From Ignavibacteriota bacterium (GTDB taxonomy: Bacteria > Bacteroidota > Ignavibacteria > UBA10030), in the NCBI GenBank assembly GCA_963701295.1, contig OY969585.1, positions 2,400,001-2,464,000 on the forward strand: 64,000 nt of DNA, read 5' to 3'. Shown here piece by piece: positions 50,731 to 61,557 of the stretch. How positions within the stretch are numbered: position 1 is the first letter of the stretch; the number at the start of each line of letters is the position of its first letter. The translations under genes were made by a program, and so were the position numbers. The notes under the pieces are model-generated. The model was given only the letters and a program-made list of their open reading frames with translations. It did no database searches and was not told where the DNA came from.

Positions 50731-51760
50731 ACTTTTTCATTCTCCTCATCGAAGGAAGAACATTTTAACAGGGGAATGGATATTGGTTTCTCCACAGAGA
50801 ACTCAACGCCCCTGGCAAGGTGAAATCTCTGCTTTAGCAAATGTTCCAAGCCGTGCGTATGAACCGGAGTGCTATTTATGTCCCGGGAATAAACGTGCCA
50901 ATGGCGATTTGAATCCTCAGTATACCGGCACATATGCTTTTACCAATGATTTCACAGCACTGGTTCCAGATATCCCAAAAGGAAATTTAGAAAAAAATGG
51001 CTTGTTGATTGCGAAATCCGAAAAGGGAATTTGCAGAGTTGTCAATTTTTCACCAAAACATAATGTGACTCTCGCAGAAATGAAGGAAAGCGAAATAGAG
51101 GATGTTATCACAATCTGGCAAGACGAATTCAAATCATTAGGTAAGCAACCGCATATCAACTATGTGCAAATATTTGAAAACAAAGGGTCAATAATGGGGA
51201 ACAGCAATCCCCATCCCCATGGACAAATCTGGGCGCAGGAAAGTATTCCACGAGAACCGGCAAAAGAACTTAGACAATTCAAATTATACTACGAGCAACA
51301 CAAACGGAATCTTTTGCTGGATTATCTCAAATTAGAGATACGTACAAAAGAGAGACTTGTCTACGAAAATGAATTATTTGTTGTACTCGTTCCATTCTGG
51401 GCAACCTGGCCATACGAGACGATTATCATTCCTAGAAGAAGAACTGCCTGCATTCTCGAGTTGAAGACAAAAGAAATAAAAGATTATGCCAATGCGTTAA
51501 GTAGCCTGACCATCAAATACGATAATCTTTTCAATACATCATTCCCTTATTCATCCGGACTTCATCAAGCGCCGACAACTGGCAAGATATATAAGGAATG
51601 GCAATTGCATATGCATTTCTATCCACCGCTTTTACGGTCAGCAAGTATTAAAAAATTTATGGTAGGGTATGAAATGCTCGCTGAACCTCAGAGGGATATC
51701 ACTCCAGAGTATAGCGCACACATCTTACATGAGTTGCCAACTGTTCATTATAAAAGATAA
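50711..51760 (+). CDS. galT: Galactose-1-phosphate uridylyltransferase
   Basis: CYLCPGN, FENKG, SNPHPHGQIW, KFMVGYE. Confidence 0.97.
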   Translation: MNMQKSELFHSPHRRKNILTGEWILVSPQRTQRPWQGEISALANVPSRAYEPECYLCPGNKRANGDLNPQYTGTYAFTNDFTALVPDIPKGNLEKNGLLIAKSEKGICRVVNFSPKHNVTLAEMKESEIEDVITIWQDEFKSLGKQPHINYVQIFENKGSIMGNSNPHPHGQIWAQESIPREPAKELRQFKLYYEQHKRNLLLDYLKLEIRTKERLVYENELFVVLVPFWATWPYETIIIPRRRTACILELKTKEIKDYANALSSLTIKYDNLFNTSFPYSSGLHQAPTTGKIYKEWQLHMHFYPPLLRSASIKKFMVGYEMLAEPQRDITPEYSAHILHELPTVHYKR

Positions 51761-51876
51761 AATGTGTTCAAAGAAGCAGATCCTACTGATGGTTCTCAGC
51801 ATTTTAATGGAAAGAAAATAATCATTTTCTCTTTCAATTTGAATAAAATGATATATAAAGATTAAGGAGTATATGG

Positions 51877-53712
51877 ATGGATAAGTTTATTCTTAATTTG
51901 ATCCACCGGCCTGAGCTGGTGCCTGAGTACATCGACACAAGTGCGCAGGAAGGACAAACGGCAGAGGTCAGTAAGGCAAACGTGGTCAAAGAATCCATTG
52001 ATATTTTCCGTTTGCAGCAGGAGATCGCTCATAAGAATGGGCTGAGGACAACCATTCAAATGACCTATTCCAGCCTCTATAATGATGAGTGTATCGCTCT
52101 TGTGAAAAAATATCATGATGAATTCAACGATGAGATCGGTCATACATTCCTCGGTGTGAATTGCAAAGAGTTCCGCGAGAAATACAAGTCGAAGGAACTG
52201 GCGATCTGGCTGTTTCCGATGGACATGAAGAAGAGGATCGTGATAGACTCCTTTGAACGTTTCAAAGAAGTGTTCAGCTTCTATCCGACGTCAACAGGCT
52301 CGTACTTCATGGATGCAGAGCTGATTAACTTCATCAAAGAAAAGTATCCGATGGTAAAGACCGCGGTAGCGACATGCTTTGAGGAAGGACCGAAAGTATT
52401 CCGTCATACTAACTCTTCATGGTATACGTTGTTGGATGGTTCTCCGTGGACAGCCTGGATCCCTTCAAAGAAGAATACTCATGCTATCGCAGAGGACGAA
52501 AATGATGATATCGGAATCGTAGCTATGCCTCATCTTTCGCGCGATCTGCTGGCGATCATGGATAATGCCGGAGATATGTTCGGCACACATCCGCAGAATA
52601 TCATACGCGGCCTGATCTATGACGGTGATCGTTTGCCGTATATGTATAATCTTGTCAACCATTACCAGGTGATGAAAAAATACAACAAGGGTTTCACTTA
52701 CAATCTTGTTTATGTCGGACCTGGCTGGATGGGTAAAGGAGGGCGCTGGGAAGCAGACTACAGGATCCTTAAGAAAAGTTATGAGGATTTCCTTGCCTAT
52801 TATGGAAAGCTGAAAAAAGAAGGCAAAGTGGAAGACATGACGATGACAGAATTCGCCGATTGGTTTCGCAAGAATCAGCCTCGCAGTGGACCGATATGCG
52901 GCCTCTGGAAGGACCTCATCTTTGGGACAAAGAATCAGGCTTTCTGGTACGCGGATTCAAAGTTCCGAGTTCAGATCGATTTGAAACAAGGAGGAGCTAT
53001 AACGGATCTTCGTCCTTATGCATCAAAATTAACACGTCCCTGCGGCGTTGGTACCAAGGCGCATCAGGATGCCTCATATCCGTACATCGTTCACTCTCGA
53101 TACCGCGCAGGCGCATTCACTCATTATGCTGGCGAAGGATCCATCAAAAGCGGCAAAGTCCGCTATGGTTCAGAAGAGGTAGATATCAGTTCATGCCGAA
53201 GCACCGGCGTTTACAGTGAAGGAAAAGGATGCAGAATCCTTGGTGTAAAGCCGGTCGAAATTGAATTCAATAAATTGACCATTAAACTGGTAACAACCTA
53301 TACATTCAAAGAAAACACAGGTGAGATTCTGATTAGCCGCAAGATCGTTGGATTAAGCGATCCGTCGGCAAAAGTGGAGGTGGATGAATTTCTCGCTTCC
53401 TGCTGGGGCACGAACGAGTATCCAGAAGATCTGACCGGATGTACACTCACTGTGATAGGTAAAGACAAATCACGCAATGCACTGAACTATGAATACAGGT
53501 GCAGAGAATATTCCGCAGAGAATGTGGAATGTGTGGAAGCTGTTATTCCGCAGGTTCAAACGAAAGTCAGCTTGATCCCATGCAGTGATTGCTGTAAAGG
53601 TTATTATGAGGAAGGGTATTCGTTCGCACCTAATATAAAAATTGGCATCATAAAAAAGATCGGACTTAATGAGGAGCTAGTGACATGTCTCAAGGTAGAA
53701 AAGGCAAAATAA
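51877..53712 (+). CDS. Uncharacterised cytoplasmic protein, possible GH57/deacetylase-like barrel with a beta-sandwich C-terminus
   Basis: No signal peptide; DEIGH...FERFKEVFSFYPTSTGS...MDA pattern; embedded in a galactoside operon. Confidence 0.55.
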   Translation: MDKFILNLIHRPELVPEYIDTSAQEGQTAEVSKANVVKESIDIFRLQQEIAHKNGLRTTIQMTYSSLYNDECIALVKKYHDEFNDEIGHTFLGVNCKEFREKYKSKELAIWLFPMDMKKRIVIDSFERFKEVFSFYPTSTGSYFMDAELINFIKEKYPMVKTAVATCFEEGPKVFRHTNSSWYTLLDGSPWTAWIPSKKNTHAIAEDENDDIGIVAMPHLSRDLLAIMDNAGDMFGTHPQNIIRGLIYDGDRLPYMYNLVNHYQVMKKYNKGFTYNLVYVGPGWMGKGGRWEADYRILKKSYEDFLAYYGKLKKEGKVEDMTMTEFADWFRKNQPRSGPICGLWKDLIFGTKNQAFWYADSKFRVQIDLKQGGAITDLRPYASKLTRPCGVGTKAHQDASYPYIVHSRYRAGAFTHYAGEGSIKSGKVRYGSEEVDISSCRSTGVYSEGKGCRILGVKPVEIEFNKLTIKLVTTYTFKENTGEILISRKIVGLSDPSAKVEVDEFLASCWGTNEYPEDLTGCTLTVIGKDKSRNALNYEYRCREYSAENVECVEAVIPQVQTKVSLIPCSDCCKGYYEEGYSFAPNIKIGIIKKIGLNEELVTCLKVEKAK

Positions 53713-53918
53713 ATTATCGTTGTCCGAATTGTCTCTTTCGTGACATTGATTTTGACCTGCTTTATGATAAAGAAGCGGATCAGTTTTATTGCAGGCGGTG
53801 TAATTGGGAAGGAACGGAGCCAGATATACTTCTCCGTTATTCTTTCTATAAAAGTAAATACAAGGATATGCTTAAACGCTATACTGTCGAGGATATCCTG
53901 GCTAAGGATGAGGACTAA
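53685..53918 (+). CDS. Small Zn-ribbon protein
   Basis: CPNC...CRRC; GAGGAG RBS; overlaps the upstream gene. Confidence 0.65.
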   Translation: MSQGRKGKINYRCPNCLFRDIDFDLLYDKEADQFYCRRCNWEGTEPDILLRYSFYKSKYKDMLKRYTVEDILAKDED

Positions 53919-53960
53919 GATATCATAGATTAGGATCGGTAATCTGAATTGAGATCAAAT

Positions 53961-56150
53961 ATGACAACACAAAAAAAATTAACAGGTCATTTCACGCTTC
54001 CTGCCCAGAAAGGAATGGACAAGGAAGTGAAGATGCTATGCGAAAAATGGGGAGTCGATGCGGTTCGCGACAGCGATGGGACCACGCTCTCGCCGGAGAT
54101 ACTCGGCATAGGACCAGATGTTTACTCCACCATCTGTCTTATAAGAGCTGACCAGGCATGGGCGAAATCCCATCCCGGTCAATGCCAACAGAAATTCCTT
54201 ATGTCGTTTCATGTTACATGTAATACTGACGGCGAACTGAGGATTAAAATTCAAAAGGGATACAGCAAGGAACAGTTCAGGATAGATACGGAACATGCTC
54301 CTGAAAAATACTGGGAAGTAATCGACCGTACCGCGAATAAAGTTGTAAATGTTCGAGATTGGCGGTATCTGGAAAGCGGCGAAGTTCTGATAAAGAATCC
54401 CATCAAGTGGCATGTTTACACTGTCAATTTTCTCGTATACCAGATCTGGGAATCGACCTCGATGTACAATTATATCACGAATAATTGGACAGGCGAGCAT
54501 CAGATGGGAGTCGATCCACGCCAGCCCCAGACGGGAGAACATTTGTTGGAATATCTTGACAAATGGCTTGAGACGCATCCCGATACGGATTATGTCCGCT
54601 TCACATCAATGATGTATCAATTCCCTCTGATAAAAAACGAGAAGAGAGAGAATGTCTACCAGGACTGGAGCGGGTATTTGGATCCGATGAGTGCTCTCGC
54701 ATTGGATGAGTTTGAAAAGCAAAAAGGGTACCGCCTGCGAAGCGAAGATATAGTCGATGAAGGTTATTTCAATGCGTCGTACAGGATTCCCAAGAAACAG
54801 TTCCTGGATTGGATGGGCTTTGTTCAGGAATTTGTACGTGCCTACACTAAAAAGTGTGTCGAGAAAGTTCACGGAGCCGATAAGAAAGCAATACTTTTTT
54901 TTTGTGACCATTGGATCGGAACAGAACCTTATCTGGATGGATTTGAAAAGCTTGGTTTCGATGGAATCATCGGGCCTTGTTTAAGCGGTGTAGAACTAAG
55001 AAGGATCTCTGACGTTCCTGGAAATATAATCAAAGAGGTCAGGCTGTATCCATATTTTTTTGAAGTGAATCTTCAGGATGAGCCGGTTTTCAAAGGCAAT
55101 GGCGACCCTGTCGAAGAATGCAAGAAGTGGTGGAAAAGTATCCGAAGAGCTTTACTTAGGCGCTGTGTCGATAGGATCGGGTTCGGCGGCTATCTCGATC
55201 TCGCTGTCAAATATCCTGATTTCTTGAATTATGTCGAGGAATTAGCCGACGAATTTAGAACCGTTCTTGACAGAACGAAAAAGACAATTCCTTGTAACGT
55301 TGCAAAGAAAGTGGCATTGTTAGATTGTTGGGGCAGGATGCGTTCGTGGATGCATAATGATAATTGGCCGCAGGGACATATTCCCGAGTTCTTAAGCGGT
55401 TTCCCTGCAGAGATTGAATTCATAAGTTTCGATGATATACATAAGAAGGGTATCAGTGAAGATATTGGGACCATCATCAATTGGGGCAGCGTCGGAAGTT
55501 CATGGAGCGGCGGCAAAAACTGGGCCGACCCGGAGGTCGTTGAGAAGATACGCGCCTGGGTTGATAACAGAGGCGGATTTATTGGTGTCGAGGATCCGAC
55601 AGCGTACGAATATCAGGGGCGATTTTTCCAGCTTGCAGATGTTCTTGGTGTGGAGAAGGAGATCGGCAATAGGCTTTCGTGGGCAAAAAATATTCGTCCC
55701 GATGTGAATCGCAAACATTTCATACTGGAAGATGCGGTGGATAAAATAGATCTCGGTACTATCAGATCATCTGTTCATTTGAATAGTGAGAGTGCTGAAT
55801 TATTGGCCGGCACTCCGAATGCTGTGCAATTATCAACGAACAAATTCGGTAGGGGCAGGTCTGTTTATTTTGCAAATTATTTACACAACGCTCAGAACAT
55901 GCGGATATTATACCGCGCCATCCTATGGGCATCCGGACAGGAAGATGGATTAAGAAAATGGTTTAGTACCGATATCAATACTGAATGTGCCTGCTATCCT
56001 GAAGTCGGACAGTTCGTTGTCATGAATAATTCCGAGCAGGATCGGAACACGACTGTTTACAATGCGGACGGAAGATCGGCAAATATCTTCTTGAAGCCGC
56101 TGGAAATGAAATGGTTCACATTGGATGAGTTCAATCGAATCTGTCAATGA
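53961..56150 (+). CDS. GH112 beta-galactoside phosphorylase (GNB/LNB or Gal-Rha type)
   Basis: GHFTLP, WGVDAVRDSDGT, DHWIGTEPY, EVRLYPYFF, DRIGFGGYL. Confidence 0.9.
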   Translation: MTTQKKLTGHFTLPAQKGMDKEVKMLCEKWGVDAVRDSDGTTLSPEILGIGPDVYSTICLIRADQAWAKSHPGQCQQKFLMSFHVTCNTDGELRIKIQKGYSKEQFRIDTEHAPEKYWEVIDRTANKVVNVRDWRYLESGEVLIKNPIKWHVYTVNFLVYQIWESTSMYNYITNNWTGEHQMGVDPRQPQTGEHLLEYLDKWLETHPDTDYVRFTSMMYQFPLIKNEKRENVYQDWSGYLDPMSALALDEFEKQKGYRLRSEDIVDEGYFNASYRIPKKQFLDWMGFVQEFVRAYTKKCVEKVHGADKKAILFFCDHWIGTEPYLDGFEKLGFDGIIGPCLSGVELRRISDVPGNIIKEVRLYPYFFEVNLQDEPVFKGNGDPVEECKKWWKSIRRALLRRCVDRIGFGGYLDLAVKYPDFLNYVEELADEFRTVLDRTKKTIPCNVAKKVALLDCWGRMRSWMHNDNWPQGHIPEFLSGFPAEIEFISFDDIHKKGISEDIGTIINWGSVGSSWSGGKNWADPEVVEKIRAWVDNRGGFIGVEDPTAYEYQGRFFQLADVLGVEKEIGNRLSWAKNIRPDVNRKHFILEDAVDKIDLGTIRSSVHLNSESAELLAGTPNAVQLSTNKFGRGRSVYFANYLHNAQNMRILYRAILWASGQEDGLRKWFSTDINTECACYPEVGQFVVMNNSEQDRNTTVYNADGRSANIFLKPLEMKWFTLDEFNRICQ

Positions 56151-56166
56151 TTGTTGAAATGAAAAT

Positions 56167-58242
56167 ATGAATAATGATCGCAAAATAATATTTGGCGGAG
56201 ATTATTTCCCGGAACAATGGTCTGAGGAAATATGGAAAGAGGACATTCACCTCATGAAGCAAGCGAATGTCAACATGGTCAGTATTGGTATCTTCGCGTG
56301 GGCGCTGCTGCAGCCTGATGAGAACACATTTACATTCGGCTGGCTTGATAAGATCATGGATCTGCTGGCGGAAAATGGTATCGATGTCTGTTTGGGGACG
56401 TCAACGGCAGCCCAGCCTAACTGGCTGACGCAAAAATATGATGATATTCTCTTCATGAGGGAAACAGGAGAGCGGGTCGCTTGCGGCTCGAGGCAAACCT
56501 ATTGCATCAATAGTCCTAGTTATAGAAAAGCAGTTAGAAGACTTGCCAAAGAAATGGCGCTTCATTACAAAGGACACAGAGCATTGAAGCTGTGGCATAT
56601 CAATAATGAATATGCAAACAAGAACAGCATGTGTTTCTGTAAGAACTGCGAAAAATGTTTTCAGAAATGGCTGAAGGAAAAATATAAGACATTGACCGAT
56701 CTAAATGAATGTTGGGGTACAGTCTTCTGGAGCGAAAAATATTCTGATTGGAAGGAGATCAATACTCCGCGTGCAAGCGCCGGCGGCCGTAACGCAACGA
56801 AGCTGCTGGACTATAAACGATTCTTGAGCGAGAGTTTCTTCACACTGTACAAGGAAGAATACGATGTGATTCGAACAATCACACCGGATATTCCTGTCAC
56901 AACAAATTTTGAAGGTGACTGGAGCAAATTTAACCACTTCCATTTCAGGGATCATCTGGATGTTGCTTCACTGAATTTTTACCCGAATCCCGGTGATCCG
57001 AATTCCTATAAATGGGCTGCTCTCAGACATTCGATGATGCGTTCTCTGCTGGGCAAACCATTCATGGTGATGGAACAGGCTCCTTCACAGGTTGACTGGT
57101 ATCCTGTGAACATAGCCAAACCTCCCGGACTGATGCGTCTTTGGAGTTATCAGGCTTTGGCTCACGGATCTGATTCGGTGATGTTCTTTCAATGGAGAGC
57201 TTCTAAAAAAGGGGCAGAGAAGTACCACAGCGGCATGGTTCCTCACTATGGCGAGAACTCCCGTGTGTTCAAAGAGATTAGCGCTTTAGGTAATGAATTG
57301 AAGAAAGTTGAGGATATAGCTGGTTCTAAAGTGAATTCAGAAGTTGCTGTTCTTTTAGATAACGATTCCTGGTGGTCTATAGATAGCCCGTATGGCCGCG
57401 GTACAAAATCATTGGATAATGAAGTCTTCTGGTCGGCCAACGGCCAACCTTTTCCCACGGTCTTGGTAAGTTATTTTGGCGAACTGGAATATTATTTCAA
57501 TGCCTTTCACGACTTGAATGTTCCCGTAGATGTAATCGGTATCGATTACGATCTTTCAAAATACAAGATAGTCGTTGCACCGCTTTTGCATATGATCAAA
57601 CCCGGATTGAAAGAAGCCGTGCAGGACTTTGTCAAAAAAGGCGGCATATTCATCACAACTTATTTCTCGGGGGTCATCGATGAATTCGTCGGTGTTTTTT
57701 TAGATGGTTATCTTGGTCCATTAAAGGACGTGCTGGGAGTGAAAGTTGAAGAATATAATCCTCTGCCTCCCGGTGGTATAAATGGGATGATGATGACAGA
57801 AACTACCGAAGGCTTCCGTAAAGAATACGGCTGTTCTATTTGGTGTGATGTTGCTTATACGACAACCGCTAGAACACTCGCTGCTTTCACCGATGGCTAT
57901 TATTCAGGAGCGCCATCCCTTACAGAAAATAAATTCGGAGATGGAAAAGCATACTACGTGGCTACAAGGCCAGACAAAGATTTCATGCGTGACTTTTTAT
58001 CCAAGATCCTGAGCGAGCAGCATATCAAAGTGTCACTGCTGCCTGAAGAAGTTGAATTGGTGGTTCGTTCACAAAATGGCGAGGATTATAATTTTTATCT
58101 GAATCATGGAGAGACTGAAAAACAAGTTAAGCTGCCCGAAGGAAAGTATGAGGATCTGCTTACCGGTGCGGTATATGAAAGCATTTTGCATCTAGCTAAA
58201 TATGGGGTTTACATTCTAAGGACAAAGGAAAGAAAGTCGTAA
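56167..58242 (+). CDS. GH42 beta-galactosidase
   Basis: FGGDYFPEQW, IFAW, WHINNEY, MEQ, FQWR...AEKYH. Confidence 0.95.
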   Translation: MNNDRKIIFGGDYFPEQWSEEIWKEDIHLMKQANVNMVSIGIFAWALLQPDENTFTFGWLDKIMDLLAENGIDVCLGTSTAAQPNWLTQKYDDILFMRETGERVACGSRQTYCINSPSYRKAVRRLAKEMALHYKGHRALKLWHINNEYANKNSMCFCKNCEKCFQKWLKEKYKTLTDLNECWGTVFWSEKYSDWKEINTPRASAGGRNATKLLDYKRFLSESFFTLYKEEYDVIRTITPDIPVTTNFEGDWSKFNHFHFRDHLDVASLNFYPNPGDPNSYKWAALRHSMMRSLLGKPFMVMEQAPSQVDWYPVNIAKPPGLMRLWSYQALAHGSDSVMFFQWRASKKGAEKYHSGMVPHYGENSRVFKEISALGNELKKVEDIAGSKVNSEVAVLLDNDSWWSIDSPYGRGTKSLDNEVFWSANGQPFPTVLVSYFGELEYYFNAFHDLNVPVDVIGIDYDLSKYKIVVAPLLHMIKPGLKEAVQDFVKKGGIFITTYFSGVIDEFVGVFLDGYLGPLKDVLGVKVEEYNPLPPGGINGMMMTETTEGFRKEYGCSIWCDVAYTTTARTLAAFTDGYYSGAPSLTENKFGDGKAYYVATRPDKDFMRDFLSKILSEQHIKVSLLPEEVELVVRSQNGEDYNFYLNHGETEKQVKLPEGKYEDLLTGAVYESILHLAKYGVYILRTKERKS

Positions 58243-59711
58243 TGGAAAAGTCAAAACTTAAATCTGAAGATAAAGTGCATTTTCGGGAAAAGATAGCGCT
58301 GGGTGTAGGTGGATTCAGCAATATGTTCGGTTATATCGGTATTAATACAGTTGCCAGAACTGCATATGTCATGATACTTGGATTAAACGCAGCATGGGTT
58401 GGTATAGCACTGACAATTCCTAGATTTTTAGATGCATTTATTGATCCTCTTATGGGTAAAATTTCTGACAATTTTCATTCTCGATGGGGACGGCGCCGAC
58501 CATTTATTGTTGTCGGAGCAATATTAATGGGAATCACTTTCGGTTTTATATGGATGGTCCCTGATGCATGGAGCCCTACATTGAAGATCATCTATTTTAT
58601 ACTTATGCAGATTCTCTTTTATACCTTTTATTCTGTTTTTGCTGTGCCATTTAAAGCTTTAACATACGAAATGACACCCGATTATAACGAGCGTAATCGT
58701 GTCATGGCATATGTTGCTTTTTTTCATAAGGCAGCAGAATTTTTATACGAATGGATCATCCCTCTGGCTGCAGTTATCAGCTCGGCGTATTTTGCATCAA
58801 AACTGCCCCCAGGTAGTAAAGTGGAAATGACAGGCGTCATTATAGTGGCATGGTTGGTTGGAATTATTATCATGAGTGGAATAGGCATGCTTCCGGGTCT
58901 GTTTGTACGAGAACGTTTTGCAAAAAAAATCGAACGTCAGGAAAAAGTAAAACTGTTCACAACCGCCCGAGAAGCATTCCAGAGCCGGCCATTCCAGATA
59001 CTGATCAGCATTATTATATTAAATACTCTGGCAGGTATTCTGGCTTCAAACATAGATCATTTTGTCATGGTCTATTATATGGCAAACGGCGATATTGCAC
59101 TTGGCAGCATATGGAAGGGCTTACTCTCATCGGGTTATGCTATCACCGGATTTGCATTTATTCCACTTATCACATGGATCGCAAATAAATTTGGTAAAAA
59201 ACAAGCCCTCTATATTGTTTACTCATTAAATGTTTTTGGCGGTATTATGAAATGGTTCATTTTTCAACCTGGCCACAATTTATATTATATCGGCACAGTT
59301 GCAATTGATCCGATTATTCTGATCGATCCACTTCTTTGTGGACCGATGTGGGTCGCTGTGAAGATCCTGCTTGAATCCATGATGGCAGATATATGCGATG
59401 AAGATGAATTGCGATACGGACAACGCCGTGAAGGTGTGTTCGGTGCGGTATTCTCATGGCTGGAGAAATCGGCATTATCACTTGCTTCTTTGGGCGTCGG
59501 CTTGACCATTTGGCTTGCCGGTTTTAGGAGTGAACTTGGCGGTGCTCAGGATCCCAATACATTCCTAATTATGCGCCTGTTCTTATCTGGTGCCACATCG
59601 ATCACAGCATTATTTGCAATTATTGCTTTAAAATTCTATCCTATTACTGCTGAACGTGCTCATGAAACACGCCGTAAGCTTGAAGAAAGAAGAGGTAATG
59701 TTACGGTCTGA
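58242..59711 (+). CDS. GPH-family (MFS) glycoside:cation symporter
   Basis: DAFIDPLMGKISD...RWGRRRP; MMADICDEDE...RREG. Confidence 0.9.
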   Translation: MEKSKLKSEDKVHFREKIALGVGGFSNMFGYIGINTVARTAYVMILGLNAAWVGIALTIPRFLDAFIDPLMGKISDNFHSRWGRRRPFIVVGAILMGITFGFIWMVPDAWSPTLKIIYFILMQILFYTFYSVFAVPFKALTYEMTPDYNERNRVMAYVAFFHKAAEFLYEWIIPLAAVISSAYFASKLPPGSKVEMTGVIIVAWLVGIIIMSGIGMLPGLFVRERFAKKIERQEKVKLFTTAREAFQSRPFQILISIIILNTLAGILASNIDHFVMVYYMANGDIALGSIWKGLLSSGYAITGFAFIPLITWIANKFGKKQALYIVYSLNVFGGIMKWFIFQPGHNLYYIGTVAIDPIILIDPLLCGPMWVAVKILLESMMADICDEDELRYGQRREGVFGAVFSWLEKSALSLASLGVGLTIWLAGFRSELGGAQDPNTFLIMRLFLSGATSITALFAIIALKFYPITAERAHETRRKLEERRGNVTV

Positions 59712-59773
59712 ATTGAGCGTTAGGGGAATCTCAATTTGATCATATCTAAGCAAAATAGTAAACTGTGAGCATG

Positions 59774-61417
59774 ATGAAATTCATACGCCTGATTCCCTCC
59801 GGAACTGCGCAGCGCAGCATATTGCATTATAGCATATCGCTTATTTTCGTGTGTGCTGCATATGATTCTCTGCTCAGTGCGAGCCAGATAAAAGATGACA
59901 ACCCTGCCACTGTAAGTGAATTTCAGGATTCCGTGATCGTCAACAGCGGATTTGAGTCGGATGCGCCGACGATTTTCCCTTATGGATGGATCACAGCTGC
60001 GGATCTAAATAATTCTGATGCGAGCCGCACTGTGGAGGGCGGATATTCCGGCAAATATGCGTTAGAACACAGAAAAGGGACAGCGTACAAAGTCACTACA
60101 TCGCAGACACTGACAGGTCTGTCGGATGGTTATTATTCTCTCTGGGCTTGGGTCAGAAATAGCGGAGGTCAAAACTTTTGTTTCCTTGCAATGCAGGCGG
60201 ACGGAGATATTCAAAGGATGACAAGCCTTCCGGTTGCGGATGAGTGGACGCATGTTGTTGTAAGGGGCGCCACTGTCAAAAATGGAAGATGCACGATTAG
60301 TCTGTCATCGGATGCGAATGCCGAAAATTGGTGTCAGGTAGATGATCTGCAGCTTGTAAGGGACAGTAAACCGTATACATTTTTAAAAGGCGGGGATATC
60401 TCTGAACTGAGCTATATAGAATCGATGGGAGGGAAATTTTTCGACAACGGTAAGGAAAAGGATTGTCTGCAGATACTCAAGGACCATGGATTCAATATAG
60501 TGCGCCTGAGGCTTTATAATGATCCGGGCAATCCAAATTTCAGTCCGTCTAAACGTCTTCCTGCAGGTTTTCAAAATCCGGCGGATATACTGGCCATGTC
60601 AAAGCGCGCGAAAGCCATAGGTTTCCAGATCGTTCTTACTTTTTATTACAGTGATTACTGGTCGAATGGGAAACCTCATGAGTGGGATTCATTGAGTTTC
60701 AACGATATTAAAACCGCTGTGTACGATTTCACATTCAATATCATGAACCAGATGCAGGCACAGGGAACGGTACCTGAATTTGTCTCGTTGGGGAATGAGA
60801 TCGCAGGCGGAATTCTCCTTCCGTCCGGACTATCGAGCGACTTCGGATCGATGAGCGATCTTCTTAAGGAGGGATATAAAGCTGTGAAAGCTGTATCTCC
60901 TTCCACAAAAATAATACTCCATCTTGATGACGGCGGCAATTCTGATAAGTACAGTTGGTTTTTCGGCCAATGCCGGGAACACGGTTTGCAGTTTGATATA
61001 ATTGGCGCTTCCTATTATCCCTTCTGGACTAAAAGGACCATTTCACAAATTCGCGATTGGGCGAACTATGTAAGCGCTAAATTTGACAAGGATATCATGA
61101 TCATGGAAACCGGGTACAATTGGAACCCGACAATCCTTGACGGAAAAATAGGACAACTCAACAATAACGGCCCATATGATTCTGTCTATCAGAGTTCGCC
61201 TGCCGGACAAAGGGATTTTCTCTATGATTGTTTCAACAGCTTGAAGACTGTGAATAATGGAAGTGTCATCGGGGTCTTATACTGGGACCCGGTGATGATT
61301 GCAGTGCCTGGCGTTGGATGGGAATTAGGCGGTCCCAATGCTGTCTCAAATTCTACATTGTTCGATTTCAATGGCAACGCACTTCCCGCACTGAAAGCGT
61401 TTCAGTATAATAACTGA
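59774..61417 (+). CDS. GH53 endo-beta-1,4-galactanase with N-terminal CBM-like domain
   Basis: NSGFE module; GGDIS, VRLRL, YYSDYW, LGNE, SYYPFW, METGY. Confidence 0.88.
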   Translation: MKFIRLIPSGTAQRSILHYSISLIFVCAAYDSLLSASQIKDDNPATVSEFQDSVIVNSGFESDAPTIFPYGWITAADLNNSDASRTVEGGYSGKYALEHRKGTAYKVTTSQTLTGLSDGYYSLWAWVRNSGGQNFCFLAMQADGDIQRMTSLPVADEWTHVVVRGATVKNGRCTISLSSDANAENWCQVDDLQLVRDSKPYTFLKGGDISELSYIESMGGKFFDNGKEKDCLQILKDHGFNIVRLRLYNDPGNPNFSPSKRLPAGFQNPADILAMSKRAKAIGFQIVLTFYYSDYWSNGKPHEWDSLSFNDIKTAVYDFTFNIMNQMQAQGTVPEFVSLGNEIAGGILLPSGLSSDFGSMSDLLKEGYKAVKAVSPSTKIILHLDDGGNSDKYSWFFGQCREHGLQFDIIGASYYPFWTKRTISQIRDWANYVSAKFDKDIMIMETGYNWNPTILDGKIGQLNNNGPYDSVYQSSPAGQRDFLYDCFNSLKTVNNGSVIGVLYWDPVMIAVPGVGWELGGPNAVSNSTLFDFNGNALPALKAFQYNN

Positions 61418-61557
61418 CAGCCTGATAAGTCCAGAGCTTTTTATTGACAATGCCTGCTTATTTTGCAGTCTGCAGAAGAAAAAGGATCCATACAAGTGCT
61501 CGCTGAATCGAAGACGTTACCCAGCGGTGATGTTGTGTTATTCTAAAGATAAGAAGA

